62,655 bases of DNA, taken from an uncultured Pseudomonadota bacterium. Lineage in GTDB: Bacteria; Pseudomonadota; Alphaproteobacteria; RF32; CAG-239. A program made the translations under genes and the position numbers. Within the stretch, counting starts at the first letter, position 1, and every line of letters begins with the position of its first letter. Shown here in pieces: positions 19,601 through 30,451 of the stretch. Under the pieces are notes generated by a model. That model saw only the letters and a list, made by a program, of their open reading frames with translations. It was not told where the DNA came from and made no database searches. The stretch covers positions 6,075-68,729 of the forward strand of contig CACWUA010000002.1 of NCBI GenBank assembly GCA_902763905.1, read 5' to 3'.

Positions 19601-20956
19601 CTATAAGGGCAAAGTAATGAGTACCCTCAAGCCTCCCATTTCACTGTCTGACAACTCTATCGAACCACCATGTGAAACTATCACGTCTTTGGCAATAGCC
19701 AAGCCCAATCCCACACCCCCGGTGTCTTTGTTGCGTGAACCGTCAACCCGATAAAATGCCTTAAACACATCATCACGTTTATCCACCGGTATACCCGGAC
19801 CGTTGTCATCAACGCTGAGTTGGACATGTTTGTTATCGCTATCCAGCTTAACGGCAATGGTATCACCGTAATGAAAAGCGTTTTCGATTATATTGGTAAG
19901 AGCGCGACGCAGTGCTTGTTCACGTCCCTGCACGGCGCTGACATCGTAGTTGGTGGCAAAACGCACCATCGCATTGGAATTTTTGCGATATTTATTAATG
20001 ATACCGGCAATCATCTCGTTTAAGTCAACGAATGTGGATTTTTCTCCACCCTCGCCGCTAACGAATGCCAAATAACCGTCAAGCATTTTTTCCATTTCAT
20101 CAATATCTTGAACAAATTCTCTGTTCTCTTTACTATCCGGCAGCATTGCTATTTGCAATTTCATGCGGGTAAGCGGTGTCCGTAAATCATGCGAAACACC
20201 GGCTAACATTTGCGTTCTTTCCGAGATTTGGCGCATAATGCGCTCTTTCATTTTAGTAAAGGCCAAACCGGCGCGGCGCACTTCAATCGAACCGAACGGT
20301 TTGAACTTGGTGTTGATACCTTTACCGAAATCTTCGGCCGCCTCAGCCAATTGCGAAATCGAGCGTGCTTGCACCCGCAAGAACAGAGCCGCCACCACGA
20401 ACAACAACAAAGCACTTCCTATCATCCATAACACAAATCCGAAAATCGATGAGCTAAAAATATTTTTAGCCGGAGTATTAAAAACATACAACCCTTGATT
20501 ACTGTCAACCAAAACATTAAGATTAGAGTGATGCTCGGTTAAAAATATTTCGGTATTAGCTTGAGGAAACTGTTTTTTGAGAGCATCTTCCAAATATTTT
20601 GTAACGAAATGATTGTTCTTTTTATTTTCGCGCCATACCGAATGCTTGCTGTCATTATCATAAAATGATACATCCAGATTATACAGCGCTGCAGCCAACT
20701 GACGCACCCGCTCAAAATCAACTCCGTCGTTTTTAAGCTGGATCACAAACGCCATATTCTCGGTCAGATTTTCGGACAAATGGCGACCGACGCGTTTCCA
20801 GTTACCATCCAAAAAAGCGTAAATGGATACCACTTGCACCACAATCAGCGGAATAAAAATCAGCAACATTGTGCGGAAAAACATCGTCTTCGGCAACAAT
20901 TTGCGCTTCATTATCGTTAAAAAATTATCTACTTTTTTAGGAAATCTGATATGCAT
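19601..20956 (-). CDS. Sensor histidine kinase (EnvZ/ChvG-like: 2 TM, HAMP, HisKA, HATPase)
   Basis: H-box SHDLRTPLT; G-boxes DNGPGI and GGVGLGLAI. Confidence 0.9.
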   Translation of the reverse strand: MHIRFPKKVDNFLTIMKRKLLPKTMFFRTMLLIFIPLIVVQVVSIYAFLDGNWKRVGRHLSENLTENMAFVIQLKNDGVDFERVRQLAAALYNLDVSFYDNDSKHSVWRENKKNNHFVTKYLEDALKKQFPQANTEIFLTEHHSNLNVLVDSNQGLYVFNTPAKNIFSSSIFGFVLWMIGSALLLFVVAALFLRVQARSISQLAEAAEDFGKGINTKFKPFGSIEVRRAGLAFTKMKERIMRQISERTQMLAGVSHDLRTPLTRMKLQIAMLPDSKENREFVQDIDEMEKMLDGYLAFVSGEGGEKSTFVDLNEMIAGIINKYRKNSNAMVRFATNYDVSAVQGREQALRRALTNIIENAFHYGDTIAVKLDSDNKHVQLSVDDNGPGIPVDKRDDVFKAFYRVDGSRNKDTGGVGLGLAIAKDVIVSHGGSIELSDSEMGGLRVLITLPL

Positions 20957-20965
20957 TTTATACTC

Positions 20966-21655
20966 CTATTCCGTTAATAACATATAGCCTCTGCCGCGCA
21001 CTGTCTGCAAATAACGCGGATTTTTGCTATCCGCCTCGATTTTTTTGCGCAATCGTGTAATTTGCACATCAATCGAGCGTGGATTTTGTCCGGCTCCCAA
21101 CATTTCCGCCAACCGTTCCCGAGTGAAAATCTGCCCGTTTTTTTGCCCCAAAACACTCAAAATCGATTGTTCTACCGGTGTAATATGGACAACTCCTTCA
21201 TTTTTGCGGCGAAACTCTTTAGTACTCAGATTGTAGGTGCAATCCCCCATTTTAAGAAGATTAACCATCTCTTTTTTAGTTTCTGGAATACGGCGCAAAA
21301 TATTGTTTATGCGCAAAACCAATTCTTTTGGCTCAAAAGGTTTAGGCAAATAATCATCTGCTCCTGCTTCTAAACCGTTTATGCGATCTTCAGTTGTGCC
21401 CATAGCAGTCAACACAATGGCAGGGATATCGCTGACAATGCGAAGTTTTTGCAAAAATTCAATACCTGTTTCATTGGGCATCATAACATCGACAATCAAC
21501 AAATCAAAGTGATACTGCTTAAGAAACATTCGTGCATTTTCGGCATCATAAGCTCCGGTTACGGCAAATCCGTTTTCTTGCAAATAACGTTGCAAAAGAT
21601 TGCGCAATCGCAAATCATCATCTATTACCAAAATATGCGCACATTCTTTTTGCAT
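20966..21655 (-). CDS. OmpR-family response regulator
   Basis: Receiver domain (ILVIDDD...DLLIVDVMMP) plus a winged-helix C-terminus (YLQTVRGRGY). Confidence 0.9.
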   Translation of the reverse strand: MQKECAHILVIDDDLRLRNLLQRYLQENGFAVTGAYDAENARMFLKQYHFDLLIVDVMMPNETGIEFLQKLRIVSDIPAIVLTAMGTTEDRINGLEAGADDYLPKPFEPKELVLRINNILRRIPETKKEMVNLLKMGDCTYNLSTKEFRRKNEGVVHITPVEQSILSVLGQKNGQIFTRERLAEMLGAGQNPRSIDVQITRLRKKIEADSKNPRYLQTVRGRGYMLLTE

Positions 21656-21670
21656 GCCCAGACCTGTTTG

Positions 21671-22330
21671 TTATTTGGCATGTTTTTTACCGATTGGCGC
21701 ACGTCGTGTTTTTTTCTGTGTTTTTATGGCATCTGCCGGCTTAACTTGCGTGGCATTCTTCTGAGCTTCTTCGGCCCTTACATAATCCAAACTTTTCTGA
21801 TAATATTGATATCCTGTGATAAAAGTTAAGATAGCAGCCACCCACAGCAAAAATTCCCCCATATAACTCCATCCGATCCACAATTGGCGAAACAGCATCA
21901 TTGCCAGTGCGACCATTTGAAAACCTGTTTTCCATTTTGCCAGTTTGGTTACGGGTAATCCGGCATTGACTTCGCGCAGAAATTCACGTAGACCCGAAAC
22001 CAATATCTCACGACACAAAATTACAAATACCGGAACAATCGTATAATCAAACGTATACATATCAGGTTTAGCTAAAATAACAACCAAAGCCGTTCCAACC
22101 AAAAGCTTATCAGCTATCGGATCAAGCAAACGACCGAATGCCGATGTCTGATTCCATGCACGAGCCAAGTAGCCGTCAAAATAATCGGTAATTGAAGCGG
22201 CAACAAACAATATGGCTGCAAACATAGACCAAAAGAACGTATTAAACGGCGGAAATTGAAACGCTGAAACAAAAATAAGCGGAATCACTGCAATTCGCGA
22301 TAATGTCAATATGTTAGGTAAATTATACAC
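21671..22330 (-). CDS. pgsA: CDP-diacylglycerol--glycerol-3-phosphate 3-phosphatidyltransferase
   Basis: CDP-alcohol phosphatidyltransferase motif DYFDGYLARAWNQTSAFGRLLDPIADKL. Confidence 0.85.
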   Translation of the reverse strand: MYNLPNILTLSRIAVIPLIFVSAFQFPPFNTFFWSMFAAILFVAASITDYFDGYLARAWNQTSAFGRLLDPIADKLLVGTALVVILAKPDMYTFDYTIVPVFVILCREILVSGLREFLREVNAGLPVTKLAKWKTGFQMVALAMMLFRQLWIGWSYMGEFLLWVAAILTFITGYQYYQKSLDYVRAEEAQKNATQVKPADAIKTQKKTRRAPIGKKHAK

Positions 22331-22392
22331 GAGAACACTCCCATCAGATTCAAAAAATTAACATTAATATGGTTTTACTATAAACATTTTTT

Positions 22393-24198
22393 TTAATTAT
22401 GAAAGTATTTATATATTTTTTCCGCCGTTTTTTTACTGATTCCGGCAACTTTCTGCAAGTCGGCAAGACTGGCTGCTTTTATTTGTTCCGCCGAACCGAA
22501 GAAATTAAGCAAATCACGTTTGCGCTTAGCCCCGATACCATCTATCTCATCCACTACCGATTTAAACATCGATTTGGCTCGTTTTTTACGATGCGTTCCA
22601 ATAGCAAAACGATGGGCTTCATCTCGGATATTTTGCATATAAAATGCTATTGGCGATTGAAACGGCAAATCAAAACTTTCCCGTCCCAAAATGTGATAAA
22701 ATTCTTTGCCTGCATTGCGTTCCGGACCTTTGGATATGGCAATAATCGTGATGCCCGACAAATCATATCCGGAAAGTGCTTCATGAACTGCATGTAACTG
22801 CCCCAGACCGCCGTCCAATAAAATCACATCAGGACGATTTTCCGCACTCATTCGTTCAAAACGGCGCAGCAAAACTTCTTTCATCATGGCAAAATCGTCA
22901 TTGGTATTATCGGTATATTTTATATTAAAAGTGCGGTATGATTTTTTATCGAATCCTTCCGGGGTTGCCACAATCATTGCCCCTACCGCATAACTTCCCT
23001 GATTATGTGAATTATCATATACTTCAATACGTTGCGGCACTCGTGGTAATGCAAAATACTTTTGCATCTCCGATAAATTGGCTCTAACCGTTGCATTTTC
23101 CGCAAGACGGCGCTCTATCGCCGCAACGGCATTCTCGTATGCACGTTCAATCAATTTAGCTTTATTACCCTTTTTATAATAATTTATCTTAGCACCGATT
23201 GCCTCCTGCAAAAATTCTTTATTCTCCAATTGCTTTGATACATATATTTCCTTCGGCGGAATATGCTCGGCATAAAAAGTACTCAAAAATCCCTCCAAAA
23301 TATCGATTTCATTCATATCCGCCGCTTGCTTCGGAAAATATGGTATATTGCCGCAATTCTGTCCCGAACGAATAAAAAATACTTGGATACAAACCATATT
23401 TTTATGTTTTGCAACCGCTACCGCATCGGCTGACATAATATCGGCATATTCCACATTATATCCGCCTTGAATACTGCTTAAAGTACGTATTCGGTCTCGC
23501 AAAATAAGAGCTGTTTCATAATCGGTATTTGCGCTGGCCTCTTGCATTTGCAGCGACCATTTTTCTTTCAGTTCACTGTTGCGTCCCTCCAAAAACGCCA
23601 CCACCTCATCAACCGTCTTGTGATATTCATCGCGGCTGATTTTGCCCACACAAGGGGCACTGCAGCGCTTAATCTGATACAACATGCACGGTCTGTCCCG
23701 ATTGGCGAAAACACTATCGCGGCATGAGCGCAATTTGAATGTTTTCTGAATAATGTCCACCACATTGTTAACGGCAGCGGCGCTGGCAAATGGTCCGAAA
23801 TATTTGCATTTGTCACGGCGAATTCCCCTGCTCTTACGCAAAGCCGGAAAATCTTCCTGCAAATTTATCATTAAATGGGGAAAAGTCTTATCATCTTTGA
23901 GTAATATGTTATATTTCGGCTCCAATTTTTTAATTAAATCATTTTCCATCAACAGCGCTTGAGCTTCATTTTCAACAATGATAAATTCCATTTTATCAAC
24001 CTCTGAAACCATACGCTTAATATGATCCGGCAACTTATCAAAATGAGTATAGGCTACAATGCGTTTTTTGATACTTTTGGCTTTTCCGACATATAAAACT
24101 TTACCGTTTTTATCAAGCATCCGATAAACCCCGGGATTAAGCGGCGCAATTTTGACGTATCCTTTGATTACTTCTATTCCATGCTGAATATTTGTCAT
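22393..24198 (-). CDS. uvrC: Excinuclease ABC subunit C
   Basis: GIY-YIG N-terminus (GVYRMLDKNGKVLYVGKAKSIKKRI); full-length UvrC-like protein with a C-terminal HhH. Confidence 0.95.
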   Translation of the reverse strand: MTNIQHGIEVIKGYVKIAPLNPGVYRMLDKNGKVLYVGKAKSIKKRIVAYTHFDKLPDHIKRMVSEVDKMEFIIVENEAQALLMENDLIKKLEPKYNILLKDDKTFPHLMINLQEDFPALRKSRGIRRDKCKYFGPFASAAAVNNVVDIIQKTFKLRSCRDSVFANRDRPCMLYQIKRCSAPCVGKISRDEYHKTVDEVVAFLEGRNSELKEKWSLQMQEASANTDYETALILRDRIRTLSSIQGGYNVEYADIMSADAVAVAKHKNMVCIQVFFIRSGQNCGNIPYFPKQAADMNEIDILEGFLSTFYAEHIPPKEIYVSKQLENKEFLQEAIGAKINYYKKGNKAKLIERAYENAVAAIERRLAENATVRANLSEMQKYFALPRVPQRIEVYDNSHNQGSYAVGAMIVATPEGFDKKSYRTFNIKYTDNTNDDFAMMKEVLLRRFERMSAENRPDVILLDGGLGQLHAVHEALSGYDLSGITIIAISKGPERNAGKEFYHILGRESFDLPFQSPIAFYMQNIRDEAHRFAIGTHRKKRAKSMFKSVVDEIDGIGAKRKRDLLNFFGSAEQIKAASLADLQKVAGISKKTAEKIYKYFHN

Positions 24199-25866
24199 TC
24201 AGACTCCGATCAAAACTTTGGCTGCGGCACGCGCTTCATCACTTATAACCTCACCGGAAAGCATACGGGCTATTTCTTCCTGTTTTTCAACATCGGATAA
24301 CAAACGCACCGTAGTCACGGTTGCACCGTCTTTTGTAAATTTTTCAACCTTAAAATGATGTTCTCCGAATGCGGCAACCTGCGGTGAATGTGTTACCACC
24401 ATAACCTGTTTGACTTTACCCAGCTTTGCCAGTTTTTCTCCCACCGCTTGCGCCGTAGCACCGCCGATACCGGCATCAACTTCATCAAAAATCATGGTTT
24501 CAACTGCGCCGATTTGCCCCAAATTAACCTTTAAGGCCAGCATAAACCGAGACAACTCACCGCCGGAAGCTATTTTGCTTAAATTTCCGAAAGGAGTTCC
24601 ACTGTTGGTAGAAACCAAAAAGCACACCTCATCGCCGCCGCGTTCATTCCATTTATTCTCTTCTTTTAATGTAATCTGCGTCTTAAACCGTGCCTTTTCC
24701 ATCTTCAGTGCCGGAAGTTCGGACATCACACCGGCATCCAGCCGAGCCGCTGCCTCTTGCCGCATCTGATGTAAATCCTGCGCCTGTTTTTTATAATTCT
24801 TCCAAGCTTCCGCCTCTTTGGCTTGCAACTCACTTAAATCATCTCTACCATGTTCCAGACACGCAATTTTAGCCTCCAATTCTTGCCAAACCGCCGGCAA
24901 CTCATCGACAGTTGTATGATGTTTGCGAGCCAAATCCTTAAGAGTGAACAAACGTTCTTCCAGAGCATTTATTTCATCTTGATTTAAATTAATTGCATTC
25001 AATGAACTTTCTATTTCGCCGGCAGCTTCCTGAGTGTTTACCAAAGCCGTATCCAGCATTTCATAAATAGCGGCATATTTATCTTCCGTAACAGCATTAA
25101 CTCTTGCCAGTGCCGCTTGTGCCTGCCGTAAAAAATCCGGCACTCCCGCTGTTTGGCGATAAAGTGCGTTATAAGCTGCTTGCAAGCCTTCGATAATTTT
25201 TTCCGAATTCATCGCATATCGCCGTTTTTGTTCCAATTCAGCCAATTCGTTTTCCCGCGGTTTGACTTGTGCAAATTCTTTAATCCAATGGATTAAATTT
25301 TCTTCCTCCTCTTGTGCCTCACGCAAAGATTCTTCCGCTTTTTCCCGCTCGTCTCTGGCTATTTTGTAGGCTTCAAACGATTGTTTTACCTTGCCTATTA
25401 CTGCCCCGTAATTTCCATACGCATCCAAAACCGTCAAATGAGTTTCCGTATTTAAGAGCCCCTGATTATCAAACTGTCCATGTACTTCAACTAAGCATCC
25501 GCCGATTTCTTTCAGTAATTTCAGAGTTATCGGCTGATCGTTGAAAAAAACTTTTCCGCGTCCGTCTTGTGTCAAGGTGCGGCTTATCATAATTTCGTCG
25601 CCGATTTCCAAATCATGTTCTTTACACAAATGCTGTAATGTCTCATTCTTTTTTTGACATTCAAATACGGCATTAACGACAAGTTTATCACATCCTTGGC
25701 GAATCATTGCCACATCGGCACGCTGCCCCAACAGCAATCCTAAGGAATCGAGTAAAATAGATTTACCGGCACCGGTCTCTCCGCTCATCACCGTAAAACC
25801 GGCGGATAAATCCAGATCTAATTTATCAATCAAAATAACATTTCTAATTGATAAAGATTTAAGCAT
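24199..25866 (-). CDS. recN: DNA repair protein RecN
   Basis: Walker A GETGAGKS, coiled-coil middle region, C-terminal SGGELSR signature. Confidence 0.95.
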   Translation of the reverse strand: MLKSLSIRNVILIDKLDLDLSAGFTVMSGETGAGKSILLDSLGLLLGQRADVAMIRQGCDKLVVNAVFECQKKNETLQHLCKEHDLEIGDEIMISRTLTQDGRGKVFFNDQPITLKLLKEIGGCLVEVHGQFDNQGLLNTETHLTVLDAYGNYGAVIGKVKQSFEAYKIARDEREKAEESLREAQEEEENLIHWIKEFAQVKPRENELAELEQKRRYAMNSEKIIEGLQAAYNALYRQTAGVPDFLRQAQAALARVNAVTEDKYAAIYEMLDTALVNTQEAAGEIESSLNAINLNQDEINALEERLFTLKDLARKHHTTVDELPAVWQELEAKIACLEHGRDDLSELQAKEAEAWKNYKKQAQDLHQMRQEAAARLDAGVMSELPALKMEKARFKTQITLKEENKWNERGGDEVCFLVSTNSGTPFGNLSKIASGGELSRFMLALKVNLGQIGAVETMIFDEVDAGIGGATAQAVGEKLAKLGKVKQVMVVTHSPQVAAFGEHHFKVEKFTKDGATVTTVRLLSDVEKQEEIARMLSGEVISDEARAAAKVLIGV

Positions 25867-26966
25867 TATTCAGAACCTTCCTCACCTTTTACCAATGATC
25901 CGCCTCCAAACAATCCGCCAAACCAACTTGTCTTTTCCTCTTTAGCTTCCTCGACCGGTGTTGCTTGCTCGGCAGTAGTTTCTTCTACAGCTGCCGCGGC
26001 CTCCGCCGTTTTTTCATCGGAACCGAACCAACCGCTGAACCAACTTGTCTTTTCCTCTTTAGTTTCTTCTGCCGGTGCTGCTTGTTCGGCAACCGTTGCT
26101 TCTACAGCTTCCGCGGCCTCCGCCGTTTTTTCATCGGAACCGAACCAACCGCTGAACCAGCTGCTTTTCTTTGCGTTTTCCTCTTTAACTTCCTCAACCG
26201 GTGTTGCTACTTTTTCAGGTTTGATATCTGTACCGATTTTTTGCATAATTTTTGCAGCTTTTGCTGTCCATTTGCCATCTGGATAGTTGTTTTTCAAAAT
26301 TTTATAATATCCCTGAGCATAACTGTTCAATCCTAAGATAGCATATATTTCAACTTCACGATATAATGCTTCTTCTATTTGAATTGTTGTCTGATAATTT
26401 TCAAGAACCACATTAAAGCGATTAAGGGCCGATAAATAATTTCCGTCATGCAAATAATAACGCCCGATTATCATTTCTTGTCCGGCCTTATAGTCTTCAG
26501 TCAGACTCATTTTGCCCATTGCATTTTTGGCATATTCGCTATCCGGAAACAAAGCTATGAGCTGTGAGAAGGTTGCGGCGGCATTTGCCGTATCTCCCTG
26601 ATCTTTTTCCGATGCCGAAATTTGATCGTAATAGCACATACCTTTCAAATACAGAGCATACGGCACATCCTTGTTGCTCGGATGATATTTGATAAAACGA
26701 TCAACCGCCATAATGGCTTCATCATATTTTTCATCTTTGTAATAAGCGAAAGCTCCCATAAGTTTCGACTTTACCGCCCATTGAGAATAAGGGTGATCAG
26801 TTTCCACCTTTTCAAACAACTCTGCCGCTTTGGCATACTTTGTTGCCCCTAAATTTTCATAAGCCATATTATACAAATCTTCTGCCGACATTGAATCGTA
26901 GTCTATATCGGAAGCGCAACCGCCAATTAATAAAATACCGAATATTGCTGTATAAATTTTTCTCAT
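25866..26966 (-). CDS. bamD: BamD/YfiO-like outer-membrane assembly lipoprotein with a repeat-containing C-terminal extension
   Basis: Lipobox LLIGG|C and TPR-like body. Sits between lpxC and recN, as in Alphaproteobacteria. ATG at 26966 lies 1 nt after the lpxC stop. Confidence 0.8.
   Translation of the reverse strand: MRKIYTAIFGILLIGGCASDIDYDSMSAEDLYNMAYENLGATKYAKAAELFEKVETDHPYSQWAVKSKLMGAFAYYKDEKYDEAIMAVDRFIKYHPSNKDVPYALYLKGMCYYDQISASEKDQGDTANAAATFSQLIALFPDSEYAKNAMGKMSLTEDYKAGQEMIIGRYYLHDGNYLSALNRFNVVLENYQTTIQIEEALYREVEIYAILGLNSYAQGYYKILKNNYPDGKWTAKAAKIMQKIGTDIKPEKVATPVEEVKEENAKKSSWFSGWFGSDEKTAEAAEAVEATVAEQAAPAEETKEEKTSWFSGWFGSDEKTAEAAAAVEETTAEQATPVEEAKEEKTSWFGGLFGGGSLVKGEEGSE
25900..26170 (-). 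repeat. 117-bp (39-aa) tandem repeat x about 2.3 in the bamD 3' region (SWFSGWFGSDEKTAEAA...EEKT)
   Basis: CCAACTTG anchors at 25923 and 26040 give a 117-nt period. Confidence 0.9.
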
Positions 26967-26967
26967 T

Positions 26968-27825
26968 TTAACCCTCAACTATTTCATAATTTTCCGAATC
27001 CGCAAATAATTTTTTCAACACTTCATTGTTATGATAGTGCCCGCTGTGCCATGCTTCGATTTCTGCCAACACGGCATATCCCGAAGTATACATATCGCCG
27101 ATACAATCCAGAGTTTTATGATTTACACATTCGTTAGCGACTCTAAAACCTCCGGCATTCAAAATATTTTCTCCGTCCAAAACCACCGCATTATCCAAAC
27201 TACCGCCTTTAATCAGACCAATCGAGCGCAAATAATCAATTTGATATTTTTCACAGAATGTGCGTGCCGGAGCAATGTTTCGTGCGAATATTTCTTCGCT
27301 TATTTCTCCCGAAAACTCTTGATGCCCAACAATTTTTGACGGAAAATCTATTACGAATTTTATCTTAGGCGAATCACTCGGTCGTAACACGATATAATTC
27401 CCTTTATCATCTTTGAATTCCACTTGCTTTTTAACCCGCAAATATTTTTTAGGGGTGTTTTGCGTAACAAGCGACACGTTCTTAAGTGTATTATAAAAAA
27501 TCTTGGCACTGCCGTCCATTATGGGAACCTCAGGATTGTTTACCTCGATTACGACATTGTCGATTTCTAAAATATACAAGACTGCCATGACGTGTTCGAT
27601 TGTACTGACAACTTGCTTATCACAATTGCCTAAACAAGTACAATTACGGGTGTCGGCGACTTGCGAATACAAGGCCGGAAAGCGATTGTTTTCCGCCAAA
27701 TCCGTACGCACAAAAACAATACCCGTATCCGCCGGAGCCGGTTTAAAAATCAGTCGACTTTCGCAACCGCTGTGCAACCCCACACCGATAATTTCAACTG
27801 CTTTCGACAATGTTTTTTGTTGCAT
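26968..27825 (-). CDS. lpxC: UDP-3-O-acyl-N-acetylglucosamine deacetylase
   Basis: Typical LpxC N-terminus (QKTLSKAVEIIGVGLHSG) and HKTLD motif. Confidence 0.95.
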   Translation of the reverse strand: MQQKTLSKAVEIIGVGLHSGCESRLIFKPAPADTGIVFVRTDLAENNRFPALYSQVADTRNCTCLGNCDKQVVSTIEHVMAVLYILEIDNVVIEVNNPEVPIMDGSAKIFYNTLKNVSLVTQNTPKKYLRVKKQVEFKDDKGNYIVLRPSDSPKIKFVIDFPSKIVGHQEFSGEISEEIFARNIAPARTFCEKYQIDYLRSIGLIKGGSLDNAVVLDGENILNAGGFRVANECVNHKTLDCIGDMYTSGYAVLAEIEAWHSGHYHNNEVLKKLFADSENYEIVEG

Positions 27826-27851
27826 TTATCCCCCTCTTGAAATCAATAATT

Positions 27852-28255
27852 GAAGGCAATCTATAAGCCGAGTTCTGTACACAATTTGCTTTATCTCTAA
27901 AGACAAAGATTTTGTGCGATAGCTATTCATCTACGCCAAACGTTACCGCTTAGCTGGTGCGACCCACCTCTGGAGCGAGTCGGAAACATCTCGTATAGTT
28001 TAATAAAGACATTAAACTCTCCTAATTTGGTCTTACATCAGATAGGGCTTGCCTTGCCATGCGCATTACTGCACACGCGGTGAGCTCTTACCTCGCCTTT
28101 TCAACCTTACCGCGATATACGCGGCGGTAATTTTCTGCGGCGCTTTCCCGTGGATTACTCCAGCCGGACGTTATCCGGTATCTTGTTTCCGTGAAGCCCG
28201 GACTTTCCTCATCTTCGGATTTTCCTTTCCGAGACGCAGCTATCCGATTGCCTTC
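27852..28255 (-). ncRNA. rnpB: RNase P RNA, bacterial type A
   Basis: Minus strand carries GAGGAAAGTCCGGGC (P4 5' strand, 28197-28211) and ACAGAACTCGGCTTATAG (P4 3' strand). P1 closes with GAAGGCAATC (28246-28255) pairing to GATTGCCTTC (27852-27861). Confidence 0.9.
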
Positions 28256-28383
28256 TTAACAGAGATAACCCGTTTTTATCTCAAAATCAATGTTTTTTAA
28301 GCCTTTTCACAACTTTTAATCAAATCTTAAGTATTATCGGTTAAATTTGCGGATAGAACAATTGGTTAGAAAGGAGTTTTTTC

Positions 28384-29001
28384 ATGAAAAAATTGTTATT
28401 GATAACTTCGGCTCTGGTAATTGGCGTGTTTGCCGCTCAAGAAGCCATGGCTGATTGTAACGGTATATATGTAGGTATCCGTGCCGGCAGTGCCAAACAT
28501 AACTATTCTAAAAAAGACCATTTTAATATGGACGGTTTGGACTCGCATGTGTTTATGTGGAGCGGTGCCTTAGGTTATCGTTACAACTATTATCGTACCG
28601 AACTCGAATATGTTTGGCGCGACAAAGATAAATGGACGATGACTTCCGGAAGTGCTTCGGATAAGCTTAGCTTCCAGACTCAGTCGTTTATGTGGAATCA
28701 TTATATTGACTTTTTGCCGTATAATTGGTGGTCTCCGTATGTAGGGGCAGGTCTCGGTTTTACCAAGATGAAATATCATGATACATATACCAATAATAAA
28801 TATGGTGAGGTTATTGATCAAACAGCGGGTTATAACACCACTCCGACGAAGTTCACTTGGTCTGTCGGCGGCGGTTTGACTTTGAAAGTTACAAACAAAT
28901 TCAATATCGATGCCGGCTACCGTTATTATGATATGGGCTCCATCCACAAGATGGATGTTAAAGCACACGAAATTTATGGCGGCTTACGTTACGTATTCTA
29001 A
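28384..29001 (+). CDS. Outer-membrane beta-barrel protein (Omp25/Omp31/OmpW-like porin family)
   Basis: Signal peptide, alternating beta-strand pattern, C-terminal GGLRYVF. Confidence 0.8.
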   Translation: MKKLLLITSALVIGVFAAQEAMADCNGIYVGIRAGSAKHNYSKKDHFNMDGLDSHVFMWSGALGYRYNYYRTELEYVWRDKDKWTMTSGSASDKLSFQTQSFMWNHYIDFLPYNWWSPYVGAGLGFTKMKYHDTYTNNKYGEVIDQTAGYNTTPTKFTWSVGGGLTLKVTNKFNIDAGYRYYDMGSIHKMDVKAHEIYGGLRYVF

Positions 29002-29018
29002 TATCATTAGGTCTTTTG

Positions 29019-29045
29019 AGAGCCGCCCGCAAAGCGGCTCTTTTT
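29019..29045 (+). terminator. Rho-independent terminator
   Basis: AGAGCCGC (29019-29026) pairs with GCGGCTCT (29034-29041), followed by a T-run. Confidence 0.8.
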
Positions 29046-29074
29046 GACTCAAAAAATTAACGGGAGAAAACAAT

Positions 29075-30418
29075 ATGGCAGATAAACTTTTCGGAACGGA
29101 CGGTATGCGCGGTATTGCCAATCAATATCCGCTGACGATTGATTTTTGCATGAAACTGGGTAATGTTTTGGGACGGCATTTTTGCACTGACAAACAGAGA
29201 ATCGCCATTGCCCGCGATACCAGAATATCCGGCACAATGCTGTGTAATGCACTTGCCGCCGGACTAACTGCTCAGGGAGTAGATGTACTTGATTTGGGAA
29301 TTATTCCGACTCCGTTATGCACAACACTGACTCCGCAGCTGGAAGTTGATATGAGCATAATGATTACGGCTTCGCATAATCCGTACCGCGACAACGGAAT
29401 TAAACTGATTAATGCGGAAGGTGATAAATTTTCCGATGTTGATACGGCAAAAGTCGAGGAGTTGATAAGAGCTCCGTACAATCCACAATACAGTGAACAG
29501 AAAATCGGACAGGTCATTGCTTGCGAATGCGGAATTGATGATTATTTTGATGCGGTAAATTCTCTGGCCGGAGACGATGCTCTGCACGGTATGAAAATAG
29601 CGCTTGATTCGGCCAATGGTGCGTTTTCCGAAATTCTGCCATACGTTTTCAAATATCTCGGAGCCGATGTTATCAGCTTATCCGATGCTCCGGACGGCTA
29701 CAACATCAACGAAAATTGCGGTTCGCAACACACCGAAAATCTGGCCAAAACCGTAACGGAAAACGGCTGTATGCTCGGCGTGGCGGTTGACGGCGACGGC
29801 GACAGAATCATTATTTGCGACGAAAACGGCAAACGGCTCAACGGCGACCAAATCATTGCTTATTTAGCCAAGTACCTAAAAGAACATAATTTGCTAAAAG
29901 GTAATGCCGTTGTTTCCACTCTTTATTCCAATATGGGCTTAGGCAAATACATTCGCTCGCTCGGCTTGGAACATTACGCTTCGGCGGTCGGCGAACGCTA
30001 TGTTATAGAAAAAATGCGTGAAGTCGGCAGCAATCTCGGCGGCGAAGAATCCGGACACATGGTGTTGAGCGATTATTCGCGTACCGGCGATGCTATGCTG
30101 GCGGCGATTGTGGTTTGTTTGGGAATTAAAGAAAGCGGCAAAAAAGTCAGCGAAATCTTTCCGGTATTTCAACCGTTCCCGACCGAAGCACACAATCTGC
30201 GCTTTGAAAACAAAGAAATCATCGGTAAAATCCTCGAAAATACCGAAGTTAAAAAATGTATTGACGAGGTTAACGCCAATTTGAACGGACACGGCTCGCT
30301 GATTATCCGCAAATCGGGAACGGAGCCGGTGTTGCGCCTCAAAATTGAAGATGAAAATGCCGAATTTGCCGCGGCACAAGCAAAAATTATGCTTGATTGT
30401 ATCAATAAATGTGCTTAA
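29075..30418 (+). CDS. glmM: Phosphoglucosamine mutase
   Basis: FGTDGMRG N-terminus and active-site TASHNP. Confidence 0.95.
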   Translation: MADKLFGTDGMRGIANQYPLTIDFCMKLGNVLGRHFCTDKQRIAIARDTRISGTMLCNALAAGLTAQGVDVLDLGIIPTPLCTTLTPQLEVDMSIMITASHNPYRDNGIKLINAEGDKFSDVDTAKVEELIRAPYNPQYSEQKIGQVIACECGIDDYFDAVNSLAGDDALHGMKIALDSANGAFSEILPYVFKYLGADVISLSDAPDGYNINENCGSQHTENLAKTVTENGCMLGVAVDGDGDRIIICDENGKRLNGDQIIAYLAKYLKEHNLLKGNAVVSTLYSNMGLGKYIRSLGLEHYASAVGERYVIEKMREVGSNLGGEESGHMVLSDYSRTGDAMLAAIVVCLGIKESGKKVSEIFPVFQPFPTEAHNLRFENKEIIGKILENTEVKKCIDEVNANLNGHGSLIIRKSGTEPVLRLKIEDENAEFAAAQAKIMLDCINKCA

Positions 30419-30451
30419 ATAACATATATCAATATTTAACGGAGAAATCAA

